Origin: Octopus bimaculoides
Taxonomy: Eukaryota
Assembly (NCBI RefSeq): GCF_001194135.2
Contig: NC_068992.1
Span: 11,015,537-11,079,536, forward strand
DNA length: 64,000 bases
Reading direction: 5' to 3'
How positions within the stretch are numbered: position 1 is the first letter of the stretch; each line of letters starts with the position of its first letter. Both the position numbers and the translations under genes were made by a program. Shown here in pieces: positions 26,711 through 42,039 of the stretch. The notes under the pieces are model-generated. The model was not told the origin of the DNA, did not search any database, and worked only from the letters and a program-made list of their open reading frames with translations.

Positions 26711-27048
26711 TAGACTAAAACCATTCATATGATGCTAAGGACCTAATGTAACGAAAGACTCTTCATGCTGGAATGAAATGAGTGGATGCAATTGTTTGGA
26801 CTCTGGCAAATTGTACAACAAACTGGATGACATTATGCCTGTTCTGTAACTGTACTTTTTAGGTACTGGAGGTAAACATATATACACACACATTTGTACA
26901 TGCACCCATGTACGTCAATGCAGAAATATACATATACAGACACATTGAGTGAGAAAAAAAGGGAGAGAGAAAGAGACATTACAACTTATTAATTGAACAC
27001 AACTGACTTCAGCGTTTGTCTTCTTCACATACACATAAATACAGAGGG

Positions 27049-27211
27049 TGTTATGTCTCAAGCTACTGCTATCTAGCACCTTTGGATGATCTCTACTCAA
27101 CCGCTACACAACTGCTACTCGACTGCTACTCAACACTCCTACTATGGCCAGACTACCTCTATTTATATGTCTTGGGAGATCCTACTTCTTTGCCTGTGGG
27201 CGTTGACACAA
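27049..27211 (-). mobile_element. Solo-LTR-like element, copy 1
   Basis: Starts TGTTATGTC and ends TTGACACAA (terminal CA lost). Flanked by the direct repeat GAGGG (27044-27048 and 27212-27216). Homologous to 56168-56334; TATAAATA on the minus strand. Confidence 0.7.
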
Positions 27212-28061
27212 GAGGGGAGGAAGGGACAGAAAAGGAAAGGAGAGAGAGGGGAGCAGAAAATAAAAAGTATGAAAATGAGAAAAACATTAAAATGCCTGAT
27301 GTCAAGTAAATCAGCATTGAATCAGTGATGCCAGCTAGTCAGTGCCAAAAACAGCTGTGCTGAAATGTCCCATGCCCTTTTTTGATGTGGCCTCATACTT
27401 GTAGAAAAATCTACCTTGTCTTTTAAGTCTAACATTTTCTAAAGATCTGCTGCTACGAATGTTATTTCTCTCTATTGAGCTCCTTGTTATCTGTCTCTCC
27501 TCAACTGAGCTCAAAGGTGAGTTTCTGACATCATTGGTTTTATTTTGGCAGATAAACTCCATTTCTTCTTTATCTTCATTCTATATATACTTCCATAACC
27601 ATTTTCCCTCTGAACTTTATTCTCTTTTTCTCTTTAAAGTCTACTAATCTAACGTATCATCTTTCTGCTAATTCTTGTCTTTTCACTGCTGTTGTCCCAT
27701 CTTGTGAGAAGGGTTTCTACTCTGGTGGTTATGCTCTTCATATATATATTTCATGAAACTTTTTTCTTAGTGTTTTCCTGATAAATAGAACTTTAAATTC
27801 TTTTTAATCCTGTGTTGATAATTTTATAATTTTTTTTAGGATAGCATATCTTTAGATTTTATTATTTTTTTTCCCCTTTTACTTTATAACCCATAACAAA
27901 CTAAATAGTTTAATGCTAGTTACTTGTTACCTTATTGAGAATGATTTAAGAAAAAAAACTGCAGTCCTTATCAACAACTTCTTTTATATATAATATTTCA
28001 TTAGAAGTTCAGAAAGTTTTACTGAGTCTGAAATACAATACAACACAATATTTTACAAGAA

Positions 28062-28188
28062 GGCAGCGAGCTGGTAGAAACGTTAACATGCTGGGAGAAA
28101 TGCTTAGCAGTATTTCGTCTATCTTTACGTTCTGAATTCAAATTCCACCAAGGTCAACTTTACCTTTCAGGGTCGATAAATTAAGTAC
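28062..28188 (+). mobile_element. SINE family B, 3'-truncated
   Basis: ggcagcgagctggtagaaacgtta...gaattcaaattcc...gggtcgataaattaagtacc. Confidence 0.8.
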
Positions 28189-28199
28189 CGTATATATAG

Positions 28200-28345
28200 A
28201 CGCAGGAGTGACTGTGTGGTAAGTAGCTAGCTTACCAACCACATGGTTCTGGGTTCATTCCCATTGCATAGCACATTGGGCGAGTGTCCTCTATTATGGC
28301 CTCAGGACAACCAAAGCCTTGTGAGTGGATTTGGTAGAGAGAAAC
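28200..28345 (+). mobile_element. SINE family A 5' half, ending in (AT)n at a gap
   Basis: gcaggagtgactgtgtggtaag...ggttcattccc...aaactgaaagaagcccgtcg(ta)n. Confidence 0.85.
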
Positions 28346-30550
28346 TGAAAGAAGCCCGTCGTATATATATATATATANNNNNNNNNNTATATATATAGAT
28401 AGATAGATAGATAGATAGATATGCAAGTATCAAATCTTTTGAAAAGTTATAAGTCTTCTCATCGTTTAGAAACGTAATCTCCCATTAACTTGAAGTAAAA
28501 TCAAGCTATTCACAAGAACTCAGTTCTCACTTAGATAAAATAGCATCAAAAGCTACTATTTCCTAATTTTTCTACCCTTTAATTTCGATTGAAATCCTGT
28601 AGGCATAGCTATGCAATTAAGAAGTTTGTTTCCCACCCATGCTGTCTCAGGTTCAGTCCCACTGTGCAGCATCTTGGGCAAGTGTCTTCTACTACAGCCT
28701 TTGGCCAACCACAGCTTTGTTAGTGGATTTTGGTTGGTAGAAACTGTGTCTTTCATGTTTATGTATGTGTACGAAAATGCTTGTGTCTCCTTGTCTGGAA
28801 TTCACAACATAGTTACAAACAAGCATCTAGTTACAAACGACCAGCCCCTCTTGCTATGGAACTGCATACATAAGACCAAATCTAAAACTTCAAATTATTC
28901 CATGGTTCCTTTTATGGGGTTTTTTTTTTTTTTATCAAAAGAGATGTTTTTCATTTTTGTTTATTAAAAGATATTTATGCCTTAGGCAGAACTGAAGATA
29001 TTGATGAATATTAAGATATGACCAAAACTTTGTCTTTTCAAAGTCTGATTTGAGATGTGAGGTTTGTTAAACTTTAATAATAGAGTAATTGTTTGACTAT
29101 GGCAACACTTATATGAAAACAGGTACCAGGGATATACTAAGTTCGTATTTAATATGCCATTTAGATCTTCTACCCTCCTACTAAAAACCCCAAACCTTCT
29201 GCTACTGTTTGAAGTGATAGATTAGTTGAGTTATGAAAGCACTAAACAATATGACTTGCAGTTTTTGTTTTGGTTTTTAATATTCTGAGTTCAAATTTCA
29301 CTTATGCCACTTTCTCTTCTGTTTTTCTGGGTTCAATGAAATAACCATCGCTCAAGAATTTGGACTGGAGCCAGTGTAATCAACCAATCTCTCTCCTCAA
29401 AATAATGATCATTTATATTTATCCCTTAAAAATTTGCATCCTTGTATTAATGAAAGAGGTCATTCTAATAAGATGAGTTGCTAATGTCTTTGAGAAATGC
29501 ATGAATGCCCCATCACATGCTCATTTTATAAATGTGAGAGACCTTGTAACCCACGTAAGAAATCAATATAAAGTATAGAAAACTACGAGAAACAACACCT
29601 TGCATAACATTCCAATAATAATCTTCCAACTTTTATCCATCTATTTAAAAAAAAGCCTATAAAACTTCAGAATCATTAAAAAGATAATGCTTGATTGATC
29701 TTTTATTGTAAGTAATTGTGTACTGTTGAAATGTTAGTGATAATCGAGTGAAGATATTTTCAAGATGAAGAAAATAAGATTAGGAACATCAACAATTTTT
29801 ATTACATTTTTGTTTAATTCCGTAAAACGTTAAGACATTTTACTAAATTAAAGATTGTTGAATTTGGTAACAAAAGCAGCTTTCATTCGATTTCATTATT
29901 ATTTTTTTTTTTTTACTATGATTTGAATCAATGAAATACTGCATGGAAAAGCGATCAAAAATAAGTAGATAAATAACCAAAATAAAAAAAATTCTATAGT
30001 TTGTCTAATAGTAAAGATCAATGGAACTAATAAAATACTAAATACAATTGACTTTTAAAAGATTATTCTTAAAAGAGCATCAAATGGTATAGACCTGACA
30101 TTTAATTGTAATAATACTCAGTTGAACATAGTGACTTTTCATTGCTATTTTTTCATGTTGCCAATACCAAGATTTGCATCATGACCAACAGACATCCATT
30201 AGTTATTTGACATGGTCTGTCCCTGTGTATCTGTTTGTGAATGTATATATATACACACACGCTCGTATATATGTATGTATGTTAGGGAGAGAGACACTAG
30301 TATATTCTTATATGAATTAGATTATGATTTTCGAAATGAAATGCTTTTAAATAACATTCATGAATATATCCTGTTGATTTGCTTAATACTTATATGAAAA
30401 TTTCTATGAATCTTATTGTGCACTGTTGTGCACTGTTATGCACCTACAGTTTGAGATTTTTACCATCCAATGTATATATAGACGCACTTGATTATGCATA
30501 CACACACATATTTATATACTATATATAATATGATACAATATGTGAATAGC

Positions 30551-30611
<61 letters not shown>

Positions 30612-30904
30612 TTTATATTATATATTAATATAATGCATACACATGCACACACACACACACAAATATATATAGGTATGTCTGCGCAGTCAAGCAGTTTGCT
30701 TCTCAACCACATGATATCAAGTTCAATCCTATGGTATGGCACCTTGGGCTAGTGTCTAAGCAAGTTATATTTGCTGTCCAAACTGATTGATGTATAACAG
30801 AGTTAAAGCACTATAACACCATCATCATCATTGATGGCATCATTTAACATCCACCTTCCCTGCTGGCACAGGCTGGATGGTTTGACAGGGTCAGGGATAT
30901 TCTT

Positions 30905-31116
30905 TTCTACTCTAGGTACAAGGCCCGAAATTTTGGGGGAGGGGGCCAGTCGATTAGATCGACTGCAGTACACAACTGGTATTTAATTTATTGACCCTGA
31001 AAGAATGAAAGGTAAAGTCGACCTTGGTGGAATTTGAACACAGAACGTAAAGACAGGTGAAATCCCGCTAAGCATTTTGCCTGGCATGCTAACGTTTCTG
31101 CCAGCTCACCACCTTA
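30905..31116 (-). mobile_element. SINE family B
   Basis: Reverse complement of the family B head and central domain; in inverted orientation to 31532-31725. Confidence 0.8.
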
Positions 31117-31531
31117 GGGTCAGTCATATTGGAGGATTGCCTCATGCACCAATGTCTACTTTGGTATCGTTTCTATAGCTGGATGTCCTTCTTAATACCA
31201 ACCACTCTACAGAGGGTACTGTGTGCCTTTTCATGACCCCCAGCTCTAGTGAGATCACCAAAGAATTCACAAGTAAAAATCCCTTGAGAGTGTAGGGGTG
31301 CAGTATTGCAGAAGGTGGCTTTGTGCCAGATTTAGAGAGGCTGATGTAGGAAAGGGGGACAAGAACATGTGTTTTACTGTAGAAAAAATATGGATACCCC
31401 AGGTGGAAAGAGAGATGGCATGGTAAAAATAAGGTGGCAGTGCATACCTTAAAAATAAAGGTGTATAAAGATAGAATAAGGGTAGAAAATTGAGGTATGT
31501 AGGTTCACAAGAGAGTAAGGAGAAAGGAGAG

Positions 31532-31725
31532 TAAGGTGGTGAGCTGGCAGAAACATTAACGAGCCGTGCTAAATGCTTAATGGTATTTTGTCTGCTGCTA
31601 CGTTCTGAGTTCGAATTCCGCCGAGGTTGACTTTGCCTTTCATCCTTTCGGAGTCGCTTAAATAAGTACCAGTTACGCACTGGTCTGTCCTTATTTGTCT
31701 CCTCTGTGTGTAGCCCCCTGTGGGA
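31532..31725 (+). mobile_element. SINE family B
   Basis: taaggtggtgagctggcagaaac...gagttcgaattcc (B box)...gcctttcatcctttcggagtcg...aagtaccagtt; the central block resembles the Deu/Nin SINE domain (inference). Confidence 0.8.
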
Positions 31726-32579
31726 GGAGAGTGAAAGATGGTTTAGGTGAGGAGTGAACTGAAAGCAGTAAATGGTGAACATGGATAGAAGCATGGGCAA
31801 TGGTGAGGTTTAGTTTGGGGGTATGTAAGGAAAATAGCAGTGGGTCATAGAGGAGGAGGCAATAAGTGATAATACATTTATATAAAAGAACATTGTCAAA
31901 TTTTCTATGATAGTGATAATATTTTAAATATTTTGCCATAGCCGGCAAACTTAGGTCTCCTGGAATTATTGCCATCAAAGGCCAGAATATGATACTTTCA
32001 TTATCAAAAATTTAACTTTAATCTAAAGATTAAAATAACAAATGATAAATAAGGATAATACATAAATTCTGTCATTATCGAAATGTGAACATTAACTCAT
32101 TCAAATAAATTCTTCTGTTTCTAAAATACTGCAATTATTATAATGAACCGACACTATATAGATTCCTATTGAGAGAGAGAAGGTAATTGAAAATGAAAGT
32201 ATTTAATGGGAAGTAAAATGAAAATGCTTACAATCTGCAATTATGTCATTTTTATCCTTCATTTTTGGTTTAACTTTTTCAAAGGCTGACTTTAAAAGTG
32301 GTACAATTTTTGAATTTGCTGTTGTTTTGAAAATGTGTAAAATTTTTCAGTGTTATGTAAAATTTGAGTTGGCATTTCTTTTTCTACACATCACAAAATG
32401 ATAGAAATGTCAATGTGTTTTATGCATTTCAAGGCATATTATATATATATATGAATAAACACAGTATATGTATATTCATAGACTTATATATTTGAAGCAT
32501 GTATGTGTGTGTGTGGTGGATAGATGGATAGATGGATGGATATAAATGCATACAAACACATACATGTGCATTCATAAGT

Positions 32580-32860
32580 GAGATTGCAGTTGTGGCCAGT
32601 GACACACGAGAGGCACCCATACCGGTGACATGTGAGAGGCACCTGTGCCAGCAGCACATAGAAAGCACTAGTGTTGGTGACACATAAGAAGCACCCAGTA
32701 CAGTCTGTAGAGTGGTTACCATTAGGGAGGGCATCCAGCCATAGAAACTGAGCCAGCATAAATTGGAGCCTGGTGCAACTCACCAGCTTACCAATTCCAG
32801 GCAAACCGTCTTACTCATGCCAGCATAGAAAACGGACGCTAAAGGATGTTGATGATAATG
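32580..32860 (+). mobile_element. Family C retroposon 3' region, diverged
   Basis: gaagcacccagtacagtctg...ggagggcatccagcc...ggacgctaaaggatgttgatgat; same layout as 4544-4697. Confidence 0.65.
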
Positions 32861-32920
32861 ATATATATACATTCACACATGTTATATATGTAAACACATG
32901 TGTATGTATATATATGTGTG

Positions 32921-32961
<41 letters not shown>

Positions 32962-33396
32962 NNNNNNNNNNNNNNNNNNNNNNNNNNNNNNNNNNNNNNN
33001 NNNNNNNNNNNNNNNNNNNNNNNNNNNNNNNNNNNNNNNNNNTATATATATGCATACATACATATATATATATGTATGTGTATATATGTATATATAGTTT
33101 TGAGTTAAAACTATTGGAAAGGTTGCAAGACAACGAAAATTTCAGAAAAAAAATAAGTTGCAATTTTACCAGTGTGTGTGTTAAACAATAAGGCACTAAA
33201 AGAGAATGACTCTCCCCAGACACAACAGAATATGTTTCAACACACAAACTCACATAAAGAATCTTGCAAACCAAATCCCAAAACGAAATATCTATCTATT
33301 TATCTATCTATCCATCCATCTATCTATCAATGTATATATATATATATATGTATACAAGTATATATATGTATAATATATGCACATATACATATGTAT

Positions 33397-33442
<46 letters not shown>

Positions 33443-34019
33443 AAATATATATATGTGTAAATGTTTAGAGAAAATATCTCAAGGTACCACATACGGGGAT
33501 CAAACCTAGGAGCTCCTGTTTTACTGCTGGTTTCTTACCATCTTGGCAGTGCCTTCCAATAAAATAAAATAGGTTTCATAATGAACTTCTTAATCACTCC
33601 AAAAAAGTGCACTTAAATCCAGTCACCCATATTTGTGCCTATATAATTATGAACATATTCTTACACACACACACACACATGTGGACACGCATACATGCAC
33701 ATATATCACATGAGATATACACATGATTTAAACCCATTCATTTGAAGAATACAAAGACTTGCAGAAATTCTTTATCTTTTTAGATAGCTTCACATATCTC
33801 ATTCGTATACTCACATATATATACACATCCACATATATTATGGTATAAAAGTAGGCTTGCAGAATGCTGAAAGAATTATTGAAGAAAACTTATTTAAAAC
33901 TCCAGTACATTTAGCTATCAATATAAAGGGAATCTATATGTACAAAGCAGAGAAGAGTAATATCAATTTTCATTCATCTATCTAAGTATATGTAAGTATA
34001 CATACACACACATTTATAC

Positions 34020-34067
<48 letters not shown>

Positions 34068-35329
34068 TTATATTGCTTATATGCATATGTGTGTGTATGT
34101 ATACATAGATACAGACATGCATATTTTTATATATATATGCATGTCTACTCACATTGTATATACACAGTCAGTCACATATATATACATCTATATATAAATG
34201 TTTGTTTCAGCTTTTATTATAAATATTCTCCTATACTTCCCTCAGTAGCCTTGTAAATTTATTTCTATAATTGTATAGCACATTTACAACTGCCACACTG
34301 AAGAATTCTATCACAGAATTTTTATTCAATGAACTTCTCTTTCTATTTCTATTGATGATTTCAACTGACAAAAGTCTATTGAAATTTTCTCTTTGTATTT
34401 TTGGAAATTTCAGAGGCAATAGAATTTGATGTTTATTTTGAAGCTATTTGCTGAAACTGAGAATCCTTTCTCGCCTTTAACATAGCAAAGATATTGTTAC
34501 ATACATACAGAATGTTTCATAGGAAAACTTCACAGAAAACTTTACCATAATGATGAAAACTTTGTGTGACTATTGAATGGAATTTATACAGCTAATAAGA
34601 AAGAAATCCAATACTTCTTTATTGTGGATCAAATAACATTGGAAATCTAAAATGTTACTCTCAATCACTTCTAAATATGGAGATTAAATTTTCTGTTACT
34701 ATTAGAAGAGTGGGTTGTGGGATTATAATGTTTATCTGGTAGCATAAAAATATGTTTGATAATAAATATCAAGTATTGAAATATAAAGTTGGTGTTTCTT
34801 TTTTTTAACCCAGATAATGATTAATTTTCGTATAAATTGTGTCAATCTGGAAAAATTTCAACCTGGTTTATTTAGTTCAGCAACAGCTCTATCTATTATA
34901 ATGTTGAATTTTCTCAATAATTTGCTTGGTCTCTTAACAATGGTAGATATTCAAAAGAACGTTGAGTATTCCCTACAATTTACCATTATGAATTAAGGAA
35001 AACAACAGAACATTGAACTACCAGCATTACAACTTTTAATGCATTTTTGACTCTGCCATTCTTCTCTTAAGCAATAAATACTAGTAATGTAATATAATAG
35101 AAGAAATCACATGCCACCTTGGGCAAGTATCTTAGACTATAATACCCCAAGTCAACCAAGGCCTTATGAGTGGACTTGGAAGAGGGAAACTGAAAGAAGC
35201 TCATCATGTGTACACACACACACACATATATGAGTGTATGTGTGAGAGCATAAGTGTATATATATATATGTATGCAAGTGTACATATGTGTTTACAACCA
35301 TCATATGATGGTTGTAAATGAGTATCCTG

Positions 35330-35726
35330 TCGGTTGCTCATTAGGCAACCTTGTCATGACAGTTTCAATAGCTTCATGGCAGATGGTCCACCATTTGCTT
35401 TGATCTGCAGCAAGAATTTCCAGATCCATAGGAAGATCGTTGCATCTTTGCAGGGTGGCAGCAACTTGATTCTTGTATCTCTTCCTCTGTCCTCCAATGG
35501 ATCATTGAACTTCAGTCAGTTCCCAGGATAATATGGAGGAGACAAGAGAGGTGAGGGTGTCCTGATGTGATGACCAGTGCAAGGAAGGTGATGCTGATAA
35601 TTAAAGATTCAATGCTGAAGGAGTTACAGCATTTCCAAGATGGTTCAGTGTGAAATCCTGTCTTCCTATAAGACACCCAAGATGCATTGGAGACATCTGA
35701 TGTGAAAGAATTCAAGAATCTTCAGG
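35330..35726 (-). mobile_element. Decayed RTE-clade LINE, C-terminal ORF fragment (different subfamily from 4905-5335)
   Basis: Minus-strand translation with frameshifts: LKILEFFHIRCLQCILG...SIESLII...GHHIR...IGGQRKRYKNQVAATLQRC...DLEILAADQSKWWTICHEAIE, typical of RTE C-termini. Confidence 0.85.
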
Positions 35727-36807
35727 TACCTGCAGTAAACCACCCAGTTTTGTACATTATGTAAAAAAAATGGATAAAACAATGGCCTGACAAACAGTGA
35801 GTTTCATGGGAATGGTCAGATTCTTGTTGAAGAACATTTTGGTCGGAAAAATGACCAAAAGAAACAGATGCCTTCTATATTCAAACATTGGACCTCCTCA
35901 CCGACAGTGCACTTTGTGGAATACTCGACCACTCCTATGTTAAGTCAATAAGCAAGAAATTCAGTTGATTGAGTAATTGAACAATCATTGCTGAACCTGA
36001 CAGGGGATCCATCATTGATGCAGCCATGTTGATTCAACCAACAACTTTTTGCACATGAAATTTATTGTTTAGTGCTAAAAAAACAAACTAAAAAAACAGT
36101 CATGTATTTGTTGGAGCTGATCCAGTTGGCCAACCATTCCCACAAAAATTCTGGTTTTTGCATCTATGTTAATAAACAATAATTACAATAATTAGAGTAA
36201 CAGAATATAAGATAAAATGGGCAAAGGACTAATGAACTTGCTATATTTAGTTTTATTAATCTAGATTCTAAGTTCAAATGAATACCAGTAATAAACTTGG
36301 AGATTTATTCAAATGATGCACATAAGTCATTTGGCTAATTTTTACAAAATCATATTTGAATTATTTATTTTCTATTAAAAGAAAAAATCTGTTATGACGG
36401 TAACAGAATATGATGGGTTAATAAAGACATTATACTTATAAAGATGAGCTTATTCTTGTGCAAGTATTCAAGACAGATAAACTATGTATGAGTATATGTG
36501 TGTATACATATGTGTGTGTATATATATGTGAATACACACACACACATATATATACATATTAAAACGTAGTTTTGTTTGTTTTTAATTGTTTCTTTTTCTT
36601 TTGACTTTCTAAAAATAACACACCAATCTGTATAGAATATATTAACTAGTTGTCTCATATATGACAGCAAAATAATATAATTTCAGTTTTGTGAAGTTTT
36701 TGGAATTTGGCTTAAAAATATTAAAATAATTTCATTCTGTTAATTTTCTTTGAAATGAAATGTGAGGAAATCTCAAGTCAGGAATACTGATATGGAAATA
36801 GGAAAAA

Positions 36808-36838
36808 TAGTAGTAGTAGTAGTAGTGGTAGTAGTAGC

Positions 36839-36888
<50 letters not shown>

Positions 36889-36901
36889 CAGTAGTAGTAG
36901 T
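36808..36901. repeat. (AGT)n microsatellite
   Basis: About 30 near-perfect AGT units. Confidence 0.95.
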
Positions 36902-39900
36902 AACAACAACAACAATCATTAGAATACAGTGAAAAATTTATGGCAGTTAGTTTTATAACTACCAGATATTTCCTCTAGGCAATTCTTGTTTTTCATTTTA
37001 GTTGATTCTTTCAGAAGAAATGATAGCTGATGGATATAAATTTTAATTTATTTAACTTTTGTTTATTTTGTTTGTTAAAATAAAATTAATCAATAAATGC
37101 TAGTTAGCTACTATTCGAATAAAGGTAATAAAATAAAAGTACTGCATAAATATTTACATATATTCACTGATATGTTTTTCATATTTTTTTTATGTCAACT
37201 GCAAATAAATTCAGAAGTGATATCTATATATTTTTGATAAAAACTTAAATATTGTTGTAAATTTATGACAGGAGGATATTAGGAAGCGTATATGATGTTT
37301 GAATATTTTATCTAGTAAGGATGGTGGAATAATTTAAGCAGAAGTGAGTTACACTAAAAGAAAGAAAAAAAAAAACAACTAATAGTATTTCGTTATATAT
37401 TCCTATATTCTGCTTTCATATCCCACAGGGACTGAATTTAATCTTTATGGGACAAATGAATAAATAGATAAATAAACAATGATGAAGAGTTATGGATAAA
37501 GAGCTGGCAGAATTGCCAAAGTGCTTAGCAACATTTCTTCCAGCTTTATGTACTGAGTTCAAAATAATGAGACAAAATAAGGACCAGCTGAACACCAGAA
37601 TTAATATAACCAACTAGCTCCCTTCTCGCAGATTCCAGGTTTTGTGCCTATAGTTGAAAGTATTATTATTGCTGTTGTTTTTCTAATATTATCCTATATA
37701 AATAATAATATATTTTGTTGATTGCTTGTGGAACTTTTTAGAACTGGATTACACATCGTTTTAATCCCAGAAGCACAGGTATAATATTTTCCTGCAACAT
37801 ATTTGTCTGAACCTGAAGTTAAATAATGGTCGGTTTTAGTTTTTCCTCTGAAATACTGAATTAGGTAAATTTACGAATATACTTTATAAAAAAAGAAAAT
37901 TGCAACACATATAGGCTAGCTTTATGGAATATCGCTGTAATGCATCAATGGCCTGGAAATCACTCTTCTAGAATAAAAATGATGATTTGTATAGTAAGGA
38001 GGGACCTTCATTTGTGAAACAATCTCTCATTATACTGTGAAATGAACAGAAAGTAATTCAGGCATAAGATATAAGAGCTATTAAAATAATAACTGATATA
38101 ATTATATTTATCATTAAAGAAATTCAAAGGATGTATAAACAAGTGCTTATTACCAAAGCAAATTTTCTTTTCTTTCTTTAAAGAGTAGTAAAGTATACCC
38201 CTATGACTCTAAATTCAATGTGTTTTCAAGCTGTTTTAAATTAAAATAACATAATTCTCTTCTAATTTGCTAAAATGTCAATAACAGAGCAATGATTTCT
38301 GTCTTTACTTTTGATTCTTCTTTCTTTTTGAAAAAATTAATGTCTTTCACATCAACAAACCAATTACTCAGTCACTAATATTTTGAGGATGAAGTTTTTT
38401 TTTTCGGTATTTTATTTACTTTTCTTAGATTTTTTATTAAAAGATATCAATAAAGTTCCTATTTTAAATACATCATTTTTACAAGTGTTCAGTAAACAGT
38501 TGGAAAGATTCATTTTTATTCCTTGCCTGACTTTTTTCTACTTCTCTCCGACTTGCAGATTTTGTTCCTAAAGCTAAAAATTAAATGATGCAAAGAGAAA
38601 TATAAATAAATAAATATATAGATAAATAAATAAAACAGAATAAAAGAAATAATAATATCCAAAAGTGAAATGAAAAATGCAAAATATCTGAGTAATTTTT
38701 TTTACAATATATGTAAAATGAAAAAAATAGTATTTGTATGTATGTGTGTGTGGAGGGGGTATGTGTGAGGAGGAATATTTTGATTCAGTTCATATTTAGG
38801 ACAATTTTAATTAAATGCTAATATGCAGAAACTAAATAACCTGATATTTAATATTAATGGCACAGAAAGCAAGAATCTTGGATGGTGCTTCTTAAAAAGA
38901 AAATAGAAAAATAGAAAATAAAAATTGTAGCCATTAAAGAGAACAGCAGGATGCAACTGAACAGACGGGAAGCCAACATCTATCAGCTATTTTTATAGAA
39001 ATGCTAGTCTTGTATTTTCAATAGAGTATGGTGAAAAAACAAACAAAAAGAAAAACACAATCTTTGATTAGTTGCGTTTATCTGTAGAAAATCCTCCCAA
39101 AGGGTTGTCTAAAATTTTTTAAGTCTGTGTGAATAGAAATATAACTGAAAGTGGTATTTTATTCTAATAATCTCAGAAGGATAAAAAGTAAAGTTGACTT
39201 GGGTAAGTTTTGAACTCAGAACAGAAAATGCCAGAACAAATACCCAATTCTATCAATCCTTGACATTATAACAAGGTTAATAATGGTTTCAATTTTTGGC
39301 CCAAGGCCAGCAATTTCAAAGTAAGGGGTAAGTTGGTTAGATTGATCCCCAATACTTAACTGGTATTTATTTTATTGACCCTGAAATGATGAAAGGCAAA
39401 GTTGATCTCGACAGGATTTGAACTCAGAATGTAAAGACAGACAAAATGCCATCAAACCATTTTTTGTTTGCCTGCTGACTCTGCTAAGATGGTGATTCTG
39501 CTGACTCATCAACTTAACAATAATAATCCTTTCTACTAAAAGCACAAGGCCTGAAATTTGTGGGGAGGGATAAGGCGATTACATCAACTCCAGTGTTTCA
39601 CAAATGTATCAATTCCACTGCATCTTAATTTCTCCTCATTCGTTTATCTGCTGGCTGTGGAGGGGGAAGAGACTACCTATGGCCTTTGGAGCCTTCTTAG
39701 ACCAGCAAAACTGATGCTTTTACCATTTCTCTTGAACTTTTGTTACGACTGTATGAAATTCATCTATGCATATATGTGTGTGCGAACATATGTGTGTCTG
39801 TGTGTGCTGGTGTGTACACATGCACACTATACGAGTTTCTTACATTCTTTCATGGAATCAGTGTCACCATGGATTTGGCTGGGAATGTAGTTGATTAAAT

Positions 39901-42039
39901 ATATTGTTAGTTTTCTACTTTCACTGGTAATTGATACATTGATCTGGCCTGGGTTGGAACTTGGTACTGAAGAGATCAAAGTAAATAGCATAACTTCAAT
40001 CTGCTTGCTAACATCTCAGCTCTCTTTCTACACATTTATTATATATAAATCATGAAAACATCCTATAAATTTAATGGTTTGTTGAATTACCACTGAATGG
40101 CCCATGTTCAAAGTGTGTTAATCTATCATAGTCTCACCTTATCTAAACTATTAAGCAGTATTTGGCTCACGATTTCCAAAGTTGTGGGTTCAATTCCATG
40201 ACTAGTTAAAATGAGCAAAGTACTTCTTAACAAATTATTCTAAGTTACTCATCTACAATTGACTACCCATCAGTTACTAGTGCAGCCCTTTTTTCCTCCA
40301 CCTATAACATCCTGCTTATCCATCTGGGTCAAGGATGACAGGGACAAAATGTCTGAATCTGCTCATGACCACATAAGAACCTAAAACAATCAGCTTGGTA
40401 ATACATACAAGGCCAAACTCGATCATGAATGATGGCTGCTTGTACAAGGCTATTGACTACAACTATAAACTGCCGACACTGGGGTTGAAATAACATGGGA
40501 ATTAAACATGTAGTGCAAACCCAGTTCTTCAAAAACACTTATACATTATAAAAATTAATTACATAAATCAACATTATCTTTTAAATGTAATTGTTATTTT
40601 TAATACCGATTCTTCTTTTGGGTTATTTATTTTCACTTGCAAAAATATAATTAACTGGAATTTGTAGTCTGGCAAATTATGAAAACTATTGATCTATGTG
40701 TTAGTCTTATTTGTGATATTACTTCAATGAATGTATAAATATTTATGAACAGTATAAATAAGAGGCCATATATTGTATAGTTGTAATTTAGGAAGAATTC
40801 TGAGTTTGACTTTTAAAATACTTTAGTCATGTTAATAAACTTGTCTTGCAAGAAGCATAGAATAACTTATGTAGTATAATGAGATAAGATGATTTCTAAA
40901 TGTTAATGAGTATTTAATAATATATGTTTCCTGAAGAAGAGTTCTGTTTAAAGACAAATGACCTGCATTTTGTATTCATGGATTCAGAATTCTGGAAGCT
41001 ATCTAATATTAAAGAATTTACAAGATGGCCTTACGCCATCTCATTCAGTTTTATCTTTGAATCTTTAACATATATGCTGATTCTTTTCCAACCAATTTAC
41101 ATACAGAGAAGAACTAATGAACTTAAAAAGCAAATTAACAGTCAACTTAATTAAAAATTAGCAGTGTAAAAGGGTAACTGAGTCTAGGCCTCACACTTAA
41201 AGCTATTTTCCAATCATTCATCTCCTAAGCCTTATGAGATCCCTTTTTACCTGCATTTCTCCAACCTAGATTCAGCTTACTTCAAATGAATTAAGCTCAC
41301 TAGTTCAAAAGGGCCTGCAATTGAACATGGGTGCTGTCCCTTTTCTCAGACTATTTAAAAAATAGAACAATCACTGTAGTCCATGGATATAAATTTAACA
41401 TTTTGACTTAATACAGGAAATTTTATATCATTTGAACAATTGTTCAACAACTCTGTGCCATTTTTCCTTATGGGTCTGTCGGGGTGGCAACTTTTTCTAA
41501 CCTCCTATCTTAAGACAACATACCTCGAGTAGATGAGCTACAGGTAAAAACTCCACAGCAATCTCCATCTAATCACACTGTATTTTTGCAAATTATCTTT
41601 AATAATTATTTAAAAAAAAAACCCTGAAGAATACACTGGATGATAACATTATGTCCGAATGAAACTAAGACAGGATGTTCATGGCCAGATTGTCTGTACA
41701 TGATAAGATAGATCTGTTTATGATTAAAGCTGACCTGGTGCTAAACACATCTCAGTTGCCATTGTATAATACATCCAACACTCCTAACACTACCGCCATT
41801 TGGTAGAACTACTTTAGCAGACAGACTTAGGCTATTCCAAGATAGAGTCACCACCACCAAGCACTGCTGCCATTGCCATTACTCCCAACACCACCATCAG
41901 CACCACTACAATAAGCGGTGTCCATTGAAGTATAATAGACCTTGCTTACTGTCACCACCTACACCAACACCATCATCATTACTGTCACCACAAGCCACCA
42001 AATACAGCTGGTGTACACACACACATGCACATGAGTATG

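Noticed and set aside
27335-27750. Purine-rich minus-strand ORF (MEFICQNKTNDVRNSP...)
   Set aside because: Poor acceptor, stops in all frames upstream, no motif; may be decayed retroelement sequence.
33850-33985. Frame reading ...HLAINIKGIYMY..., reminiscent of a FERM/PTB strand
   Set aside because: No polypyrimidine acceptor or donor; too short to be more than chance.
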